NCBI GenBank assembly: GCA_946411635.1
Contig: CAMKES010000001.1
Coordinates: 151,696-215,695, forward strand
Reading direction: 5' to 3'
Length of the DNA: 64,000 nt
Source of the DNA: an uncultured Clostridia bacterium
Lineage (GTDB): Bacteria > Bacillota > Clostridia > Christensenellales > CAG-138
A model generated the notes under the pieces. That model had not been told where the DNA came from, searched no databases, and saw nothing but the letters and a program-made list of their open reading frames with translations. The position numbers were made by a program, and so were the translations under genes. Below, in pieces: positions 54,321 through 61,320 of the stretch (position 1 is its first letter; every line of letters begins with the position of its first letter).

Positions 54321-55202
54321 TCAAAGGGACACCCGGTCCGAAAACGGCGGGGTATAGGCGCGTCCGACGCTCGTCAGCTCCTGCACGTAAACGTTCGTAA
54401 AACCGAGGGAAAGACAGGACTCGACGGCATTGTCATATTCCCGCTGCGTCAGCGGCCGGTCGAGCGGCTTCACGGTGCATTCCGGGATCGGCGTATACTG
54501 CGACATCAGCGAGATCGGGCAGTCCGCGCCGAACCGCTCCCTGATCGCGCGAAGCACGGCGCGCGTATCGAACACGCAGCCGGGAAGAACAAGATGACGG
54601 ATGCGAACGCCCTTCGTCGCGATCCCGTTTTTGTCCGTCTGCATGAAACCGACCTGCCGGATCATTTCTCCGATCGAGCCGATCGCCGTTTCGAAATAGT
54701 CCGCCGCATGTGAAAACCGTTTTGACAGGCGCGGATCTGCGTATTTCAGGTCGGGCAGATAAATATCGACGAGCCCTTCGTACGCGCGGATCGTTTCGAC
54801 CGTTTCATACGCGTTCGTGTTGTACACGACGGGGATCGAAAGGCCCTCGCGCTTTGCGATCCGCAGCGACGCGGTGATCGCGTCACGGTGCGGCGTGGGC
54901 GTAACGAGGTTGATGTTGTGCGCGCCGAGCGCCTGCAGCTTCCGCATGGTATCCGCGAGCCGCGTGACGGAGAAGACTTCGCCGAGGGTCCCGTCCGTCA
55001 GCACCATGTTCTGGCAGAAGATACACTTCAGATTGCACCCGGAAAAGAAGATCGTTCCGCTTCCGTTCGTTCCGCTGATGCTCGGTTCTTCATCATAGTG
55101 CAGCGCGGCGCGCGCAACGCGGACAACGGAAGAACAGCCGCAGAAACCGGCTGCGGCTGTTCGATCGATCTGACAGGCTCTGGGACAGATGCTGCACGAC
55201 AT
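54321..55202 (-). CDS. Radical SAM protein (PflX/PflA-like activase family)
   Basis: CxxxCxxC cluster GCNLKCIFCQN plus an N-terminal CSICPRAC motif. Start taken at MSCSICP, whose ATG overlaps the upstream stop (TGATG). The alternative start is 55226. Confidence 0.75.
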   Translation of the reverse strand: MSCSICPRACQIDRTAAAGFCGCSSVVRVARAALHYDEEPSISGTNGSGTIFFSGCNLKCIFCQNMVLTDGTLGEVFSVTRLADTMRKLQALGAHNINLVTPTPHRDAITASLRIAKREGLSIPVVYNTNAYETVETIRAYEGLVDIYLPDLKYADPRLSKRFSHAADYFETAIGSIGEMIRQVGFMQTDKNGIATKGVRIRHLVLPGCVFDTRAVLRAIRERFGADCPISLMSQYTPIPECTVKPLDRPLTQREYDNAVESCLSLGFTNVYVQELTSVGRAYTPPFSDRVSL

Positions 55203-56686
55203 CAGTGGAACACGCGCCTCCCGCATACGAAATTGCGATACCAGTAGGAGGAGAAGGAGCTTTGAACGACCTTTCCCTTGCTCGCGCTGGCATGGATGAA
55301 CTGCTTGCCGCCGATATAGATCGCGGCGTGGTTGACCTTATCGCTCGTATCGCTCTTGAAAAAGAGCAGGTCGCCTTTCTTGAGGTCGTCGACGGAATCG
55401 ATCCGCGTCCATTTGTCGTTGTTTGAATACGTATAGGCGTTGCGCCGTCCGACGCTGACGCCGCATTTGTTCAGACAGTAATGAACGAGGCCGGAGCAGT
55501 CGAACGAATCGGGGCCTTCGTCGCCGAGGATGTACGGATCGCCGAGCTGGTTCTGCGCGCACTTGACGACGCCGCTCGCGCTGTGCTCATACTGCGTGGT
55601 ATCGGCCGTCGGCTTTGCGGTCTTCGTCGGGACCGGCGTCGGCGTGTCGGTCGGTTTCGGGGTCTTCGTCGGTTTGGGCGTCTTTGTCGGCTTCGGCGTC
55701 TTCGTCGGTTTCGGCGTCTTTGTGGGCTTCGGGGTCTTCGTCGGCTTCGGCGTGTTTGTCGGCTTCGGCGTTACGGTCGAGGAAGCGGAACCGGTCGGTT
55801 TCGGCGTATTCGTCTTGCCCGGTTCAGCCGTTTTTGTCGGCTTCGGCGTCGGCGTTTTCGAAGGTTTCGGCGTCGGCGTCTTCGAAGGCTTCGGCGTAGC
55901 GGATCGGGTCGGCCTCGGCGTGGGCGTGGGCGTCGGCGAAGGCGTCGGCGTTGCCAGCGCGATCGCGTCGTCCGAATACAGAAGATCCCAGTCGTCGCGG
56001 GTGATCTGTCCGTCGGCTTCCATGCCGTTTTTCGACTGGAACCGCATAACGGCTTCCTCGGTCAGCGGACCGTAATAGCCGGTGATCCGGTCGGTATAGT
56101 ATCCGAGCTCGTTCAGCATGCGCTGGACGCTTCTGACGTCGGGACCGTCGTCGTTCAGTTTGATGCGGTATTCCTGCGCGTTCCCGGAAAACAGCATTTC
56201 CTGCAGCGCTGCGGACGCAACGCCGGTCTGTTCCATGTCGCTTGCGCGCTGGAACAGCATGACCGCATTCACGATGGATTCGTTGTACAGCGTGCCGGGC
56301 TCGTCGGACTCCATATAGCCGAGATCCATCAGCTTTTGCTGAAGCGCGGCGACGGCGGCGTTGTCGTCGCCGAGCTGGAGCGTCGAGTAGGCGGAGACCG
56401 TGATGCGGTTGTCGGTCGGCTGCGGACTTGCGCTGACTGCGGGAACGGGCGTTATCGGAGCGGGCGAGGGGGTCACGCCGTCAACGGAGACGGAGTCCTC
56501 TTTCGCCGTCAGGTATTCGGAAGCCGTATTTGCGGTCGGAAACGGGGAATCGACGTCCCCGCGCAGGATCAGAAACATACCCACGCCGCAAAGCACCGCC
56601 GCAAACACGAGCATGCAGACGATGCGCAGCGCCATGGGGAACGATCTGCGCTTTTTGCCGGGAAGCATCGGGACCTGATTCGACAT
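55202..56686 (-). CDS. NlpC/P60 peptidoglycan hydrolase with two PG-binding domains and a TPKPTK repeat linker
   Basis: SD AAAGGAG. TM anchor, two PG_binding_1-like repeats (...AVAALQQKLMDLGY..., ...VRSVQRMLNELGY...), (TPKPTK)n linker, and the C-terminal NlpC/P60 motif DCSGLVHYCL. Confidence 0.85.
   Translation of the reverse strand: MSNQVPMLPGKKRRSFPMALRIVCMLVFAAVLCGVGMFLILRGDVDSPFPTANTASEYLTAKEDSVSVDGVTPSPAPITPVPAVSASPQPTDNRITVSAYSTLQLGDDNAAVAALQQKLMDLGYMESDEPGTLYNESIVNAVMLFQRASDMEQTGVASAALQEMLFSGNAQEYRIKLNDDGPDVRSVQRMLNELGYYTDRITGYYGPLTEEAVMRFQSKNGMEADGQITRDDWDLLYSDDAIALATPTPSPTPTPTPRPTRSATPKPSKTPTPKPSKTPTPKPTKTAEPGKTNTPKPTGSASSTVTPKPTNTPKPTKTPKPTKTPKPTKTPKPTKTPKPTKTPKPTDTPTPVPTKTAKPTADTTQYEHSASGVVKCAQNQLGDPYILGDEGPDSFDCSGLVHYCLNKCGVSVGRRNAYTYSNNDKWTRIDSVDDLKKGDLLFFKSDTSDKVNHAAIYIGGKQFIHASASKGKVVQSSFSSYWYRNFVCGRRVFH
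55653..55778 (-). repeat. Seven imperfect 18-bp tandem repeats encoding (TPKPTK)7
   Basis: Period-18 units GGYTTCGGSGTSTTYGTS on the + strand, inside the P60 CDS. Differences between units are mostly synonymous. Confidence 0.9.
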
Positions 56687-56708
56687 GATACGACTCCTTT
56701 CCGCATCC

Positions 56709-56717
56709 ATTATACCA
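56709..56717 (-). promoter_or_regulatory. Extended -10 promoter element (TGgTATAAT) for the P60 gene
   Basis: The minus strand reads TGGTATAAT about 22 nt upstream of the ATG. No good -35 is visible. Confidence 0.5.
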
Positions 56718-56755
56718 TACGAAATGCGTTATAATATTGAAATTTCTAAGAATTA

Positions 56756-56784
56756 TTTCCAAAAGAGCAAAGATGTGATATACT
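56756..56784 (+). promoter_or_regulatory. sigma-A type promoter (TTTCCA-17-TGaTATACT) close to the ABC-F start codon
   Basis: TTTCCA at 56756-56761 and TATACT at 56779-56784 with a TG extension. The ATG at 56794 is 9 nt after the -10, and no SD lies between. Confidence 0.5.
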
Positions 56785-56793
56785 AAACCCGGT

Positions 56794-58719
56794 ATGTCAG
56801 TCCTGCACGTCGAAAACCTGTCGAAGTCATATGCGGACCGCACGCTGTTTTCGGACGTCTCATTCGAGATCGCCCCGGGAGAGCGCGTCGGTCTGATCGG
56901 CGTGAACGGAAGCGGGAAAACGACGCTGATGCGGATCCTGATGGGAAAGGAACCGTACGACGGCGGCTCTTTCGGCGTTTCCCGCGGCGCAAAGCTCACC
57001 TATGTCGAACAGATTCCCGAACTGGATCCGAAAACGGATCTCTATTCCTTTACCCTCGAAGCCTTCCGACCGATCCTCGATCTGGAGGCGGAGGAGGAGC
57101 GGATCCTCGAAAAACTGAACGGCGGCGATCCGGACAGGGAGCGCCTGATCGCTCGGCAGGCCGTCGTTGTCGAAACGATCGCAAGAGAGGGCGGCGCGAC
57201 GTTCCGCGCGCTGACGCGTTCTGCGCTGCTCGGGCTCGGATTCACCGAGGAGGAACTGAGCCGTCCCGTTACGACGTTCTCGGGCGGACAGATCAGCAAG
57301 GCGATGCTGGCCCGCGCGATCCTTTCGAAGTCCGATCTGCTGTTTTTGGACGAGCCGACGAACAACCTCGACGTGACCGCGATCCGCTGGCTTTCGGAGT
57401 ATCTGCGCCAGTTCAGGGGCGCCGTGCTCGTGGTTTCTCACGACCGCGCGTTTCTGGACGACACCGTAACAAGAATGCTCGAGCTTCAGAACGGACATAT
57501 CCGCGGGACGCAGGGCAATTATACGCGCTATATGGAGCTGAAGCTCGACGAGCGCGAGTTTCTGATGAAAAAATACCTTCGTCAGCAGAAGGAGATCCGC
57601 AGGATCGAAGGCATCATCGAACAGCAAAAACGCTGGAATCAGGAGCGGAATTACATCACGATCGCTTCGAAGCAGCATCAGATCGACCGCATCCGGGAAG
57701 AAATGGTCGAGCCGGAAAAAGACGAAAAATCGATCCGGTTCCGCTTCCCGACGCCTGCGCCGACCGGAAACGAAGTTTTGGTTCTGCACGATCTCGGGAT
57801 GCGGTACGGCGATCTGCGCGTGTTCTCGCATCTGAACGCAATGATACGGGCGGGTCAGTGCGTTTGTCTGATCGGTCCGAACGGCTGCGGAAAAACGACG
57901 CTCCTGCGGATCCTGACCGGCGCCGAATGTCAGACGGAAGGCACCTATAAGATCGGAGCGGGCGTCAGGATCGGGTACTATGCGCAGAACACCTACGATC
58001 TCAGCGACGAGAAGACCGTCCTCGGCGAGCTGTACGACGCGTTTCCGTCGATGGACGTTCCGTCGCTTCGCGGGGCGCTCGGCAGATTTTTGTTTAAGAA
58101 CGACGATCTCGACAAACGGATCGGAACGCTGTCCGGCGGGGAAAAAGCGCGGATCCGGCTTCTGAAGCTCGTGCTTTCCGGCGCGAACGTTCTGCTGCTC
58201 GACGAGCCCACGAACCATCTGGACATCGCTTCGGCCGAAATGCTGGAAAGCGCGGTCGAGCAGTTCGAGGGAACGGTTCTGATCGTTTCGCACGACCGCT
58301 ATCTGGTCAGGCGGCTTGCGGACCGCGTCATCCTGATGACGCAGGACGGATTGGTCGAGCAGCGCGACGAAACCGAGGATCTGTTCGAACGGATCATCGA
58401 ACGCAGACCGGAGAAGCCGAAACAGGCCGCGCGGCCCGATACGGACAACGCATATCTGCGCCGCAGGGAGAACAAGCTTCTTCGCGTCAAAGCGCGTCAG
58501 GAGATCACGCGGATCGAGCGGCGCATCGAGCAGAACGAACAGGCGAAGACCGAAGCGAACGCAAAGCTGTCCGAAGCGCAGGCCGCGAACGATTACCGCA
58601 TGATGCAGACGTTGTATGAAACGATCTCGTCGCTCGATGCGGAGGAAGCGGAGCTGTATGAATCGCTCGAACAGGCCGAGCGCGCGGCAATGGAATTACA
58701 ACCGGAGGACGAAGCATGA
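56794..58719 (+). CDS. ABC-F family ATPase (two ABC domains, C-terminal coiled coil)
   Basis: 641 aa; Walker A GVNGSGKTT and GPNGCGKTT, signatures FSGGQ and LSGGE. No TM domain. Charged helical C-terminus. Confidence 0.9.
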   Translation: MSVLHVENLSKSYADRTLFSDVSFEIAPGERVGLIGVNGSGKTTLMRILMGKEPYDGGSFGVSRGAKLTYVEQIPELDPKTDLYSFTLEAFRPILDLEAEEERILEKLNGGDPDRERLIARQAVVVETIAREGGATFRALTRSALLGLGFTEEELSRPVTTFSGGQISKAMLARAILSKSDLLFLDEPTNNLDVTAIRWLSEYLRQFRGAVLVVSHDRAFLDDTVTRMLELQNGHIRGTQGNYTRYMELKLDEREFLMKKYLRQQKEIRRIEGIIEQQKRWNQERNYITIASKQHQIDRIREEMVEPEKDEKSIRFRFPTPAPTGNEVLVLHDLGMRYGDLRVFSHLNAMIRAGQCVCLIGPNGCGKTTLLRILTGAECQTEGTYKIGAGVRIGYYAQNTYDLSDEKTVLGELYDAFPSMDVPSLRGALGRFLFKNDDLDKRIGTLSGGEKARIRLLKLVLSGANVLLLDEPTNHLDIASAEMLESAVEQFEGTVLIVSHDRYLVRRLADRVILMTQDGLVEQRDETEDLFERIIERRPEKPKQAARPDTDNAYLRRRENKLLRVKARQEITRIERRIEQNEQAKTEANAKLSEAQAANDYRMMQTLYETISSLDAEEAELYESLEQAERAAMELQPEDEA

Positions 58720-59900
58720 TCTGGCATTACTTTCCCATCGGGATGCGGTTTCCCGTCCCGGACTTTTCCGATGAAACCAAACGCGCCTGCTGGAAGATCG
58801 CGCTTTCGGCCGCGTTTGCGTCCGATGCGGGCGGAACGACGCTCTATGAAGCGGTCGATCCGTTCGATGCGGGGTCGCAGAGCGCGGTGTATACGTGCAT
58901 CGTGTGCTACGTGCCGATCAAACAATCCCGTCTTGCCGGGAAAACGATGCATGCGCTCGACGGACTGATGTCGCGTCTCTGCGTGCACAACCCGCTCGTT
59001 CAGGCGAACTATCTGGAAAGCTTCGGACCTTATCCGATCCTCGGTGAGATCCGGACGTCCGGAACCGTGATCCCGAGCGAGTCCGGCGCGGCGTTTCTGC
59101 CGGAAGGACCGGTCGAGCCGATGCGCAAAAACGACGGGTGGGAGCTTTTGCTTGCGTGCGACGATGAAACGCGCTCGCGCGAGCTTGCGGTCGCCGCGGC
59201 GGAGAACGGGTATCGCGTGCGCCGACTGCTGACGGCCGACGGCGGAGAAGGGACCGTTCGCGCGCTCGTTTCCGGTACAAACGGCCGGTATGAAACGATC
59301 TCCGTCACCGACGCGTCCGGGAACCGCCACAGCCGTACGATCGGCGTGATCCCCGGAAAAACGGCCGTCCTGGAAACTGCGTGCGAAAACGACGCCGAAC
59401 CGTCCTGCACGGAAGGCGATCGGATCCGCGCAGTTCTGGATCTCGGATACCGCAGACTGCTGATCGCCTCGGGAGACGCGCAGCCTTGCGACTTCGGTGC
59501 GGACGATGCATCCGATCCGCGGCTTCGGCAATGCGAGATCACGGTTCTGTCGGCGGAAACAAGTCCTTTCGGCGCGAAAAACGCCGGCACGGAATGGATC
59601 CTTGACCGGATCGGGTTCGGTGTAAAAGCGCGCTCTGCGGATTTTGCGATCGTTTGTTCGGACCGGATCGGAACGATCGAAACGGTCCTTTCCGGGCTGT
59701 CCGATCAGGAACGGCCCTGCTGTCTGCTGACGGATGCGGCTTTCGATCCGAAGGAACTCCGCCGCGCGTTCCCGACTCTGCGCGGGGTCATTCGCCTTAC
59801 GGATGCCGACGCGGAGGCGCCGCGTCCGGTATCGGCCGTTTTTACGGCCGACGTGCTTCCGCTGATCGGAAAAACCGTTGCCAAGACGGGCGATTTATGA
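58716..59900 (+). CDS. Divergent glycerate-kinase-like protein with novel N-terminal region
   Basis: ATGA overlap with the ABC-F stop. aa ~140-394 align loosely with the glycerate kinase family (LLTADGGEGTVRALV, GKTAVLETA, DPRLRQCEITV), but several conserved motifs are absent. Confidence 0.45.
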   Translation: MIWHYFPIGMRFPVPDFSDETKRACWKIALSAAFASDAGGTTLYEAVDPFDAGSQSAVYTCIVCYVPIKQSRLAGKTMHALDGLMSRLCVHNPLVQANYLESFGPYPILGEIRTSGTVIPSESGAAFLPEGPVEPMRKNDGWELLLACDDETRSRELAVAAAENGYRVRRLLTADGGEGTVRALVSGTNGRYETISVTDASGNRHSRTIGVIPGKTAVLETACENDAEPSCTEGDRIRAVLDLGYRRLLIASGDAQPCDFGADDASDPRLRQCEITVLSAETSPFGAKNAGTEWILDRIGFGVKARSADFAIVCSDRIGTIETVLSGLSDQERPCCLLTDAAFDPKELRRAFPTLRGVIRLTDADAEAPRPVSAVFTADVLPLIGKTVAKTGDL

Positions 59901-59906
59901 TATAAT
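59878..59906 (+). promoter_or_regulatory. sigma-A type promoter (TTGCCA-17-TATAAT)
   Basis: TTGCCA at 59878-59883 and TATAAT at 59901-59906. Embedded in the last codons of the preceding CDS. SD GAGGAGG precedes the pdp ATG. Confidence 0.7.
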
Positions 59907-59936
59907 ACACTGAATATTTCGAGGAGGTATCATCGC

Positions 59937-61256
59937 ATGCGCATGGTCGATTTGATTGAGAAAAAAGTAGGCGGCGAGATCCTTTCCGGCGACGAGATCC
60001 GCTATATCGTCAAAGGGTTTACGGACGGATCGATCCCCGATTACCAGATGGCCGCATTTCAGATGGCGGTCGTGTTCAACGGCATGACGGACCGGGAAAC
60101 GGCGGACCTGACCATGGCGATGATGCACTCCGGCGACGTGGTCGATCTGTCGGATCTGCGCGGCGTCAAGGTCGACAAGCATTCGACCGGCGGCGTCGGC
60201 GATACGACGACGCTCGTGATCGCGCCGCTCGTCGCGGCATGCGGCGGAACGGTCGCGAAAATGAGCGGCAGGGGCCTCGGACATACCGGCGGCACGCTTG
60301 ACAAGCTCGAATCCATTCCGGGCGTCTGCATCGAGCAGCCGATGGCGCGGTTCAAGGAGATCGTCGATGAGATCGGCGTCGCCGTTATCGGACAGACCGG
60401 AAACCTTGTTCCCGCCGATAAGAAAATGTACGCCCTGCGCGACGTCACCGCAACGGTCCGCAGCATTCCGCTGATCGCCTCGAGCATCATGTCCAAGAAA
60501 CTCGCGGCGGGCACCGACGCGATCGTGCTCGACGTCAAGACCGGTACCGGCGCGTTCATGCAGACCGTCGATGAAGCCGAAAAGCTCGCGCATCTGATGG
60601 TTTCGATCGGCAAGCTTGTCGGACGCGAATGCGTCGCCGTCATTACCGACATGAATCAGCCGCTCGGCCTTGCGGTCGGCAACGCGCTCGAAGTGCGCGA
60701 AGCGGTCGAACTGCTCTCCGGCAAGATCCCCGCCGGCGATCCGCTGTACGAAGTCTGCATGCTGCTCGGCGTGCATATGATGCGCGTTTCCAAGCTTGCA
60801 AAGACCGAAGTCGAAGCGCGCGAAAAACTGGAATCCGCGCTGCACAGCGGCGCCGGTCTCGAAAAGCTCCGCAGGATGATCGCGGCCGAAGGCGGCGACG
60901 CTTCCTACATCGATCTTGCGCGCATCGACGAGCTCTGCCGCGTCAACAAAAAGATTAACGTTTACCCGGAGCGCGCCGGCTACATCAGCTCGATGAACGC
61001 GGAACGCATCGGAACGGCGGCGCAGATCCTCGGAGCGGGCCGCGCCACGAAAGAAGAATCGATCGATCCCGCGGTCGGTCTCGTCATGAAAAAGCGCCTC
61101 GGCGACTTTATCCGCGCGGACGAACCGCTCTGCGTGATGTACGTCAACGACGAGTCCAAACTGAACGCCGCGCTCAATATGTTCCACAGCGCGTTCGAGT
61201 ATTCCGACGCGAAGCCGGACTATCGTCCGATGGTTTACGACGTCGTCCGGGCATAA
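59937..61256 (+). CDS. pdp: Pyrimidine-nucleoside (thymidine) phosphorylase
   Basis: 439 aa; MRMVDLIEKK..G..LS..EI......TDGSIPDYQMAAF.MA..F.GM, DKHSTGGVGD, SGRGLGHTGGTLDKLE. Confidence 0.93.
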   Translation: MRMVDLIEKKVGGEILSGDEIRYIVKGFTDGSIPDYQMAAFQMAVVFNGMTDRETADLTMAMMHSGDVVDLSDLRGVKVDKHSTGGVGDTTTLVIAPLVAACGGTVAKMSGRGLGHTGGTLDKLESIPGVCIEQPMARFKEIVDEIGVAVIGQTGNLVPADKKMYALRDVTATVRSIPLIASSIMSKKLAAGTDAIVLDVKTGTGAFMQTVDEAEKLAHLMVSIGKLVGRECVAVITDMNQPLGLAVGNALEVREAVELLSGKIPAGDPLYEVCMLLGVHMMRVSKLAKTEVEAREKLESALHSGAGLEKLRRMIAAEGGDASYIDLARIDELCRVNKKINVYPERAGYISSMNAERIGTAAQILGAGRATKEESIDPAVGLVMKKRLGDFIRADEPLCVMYVNDESKLNAALNMFHSAFEYSDAKPDYRPMVYDVVRA

Positions 61257-61279
61257 TAACGACAGCAAAACGGAAGAGG

Positions 61280-61308
61280 ACGGCGCGCGATCGACGCGCG
61301 CCGTTTTC
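61280..61308 (+). terminator. Rho-independent terminator after pdp
   Basis: Hairpin CGGCGCGCG-atcga-CGCGCGCCG followed by TTTT. Confidence 0.8.
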
Positions 61309-61320
61309 GGAAAGGGATCT

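Noticed and set aside
55615-55900. Regularly spaced short repeats that could superficially suggest a CRISPR-like array. The same applies to 14700-14780 and 51230-51310.
   Set aside because: - The repeats are contiguous, with no spacers.
- Their periods are 18 or 30 bp, in frame.
- They lie inside well-supported CDSs and encode Pro/Thr/Lys or Pro/Thr/Glu linkers.
- No cas genes are present.
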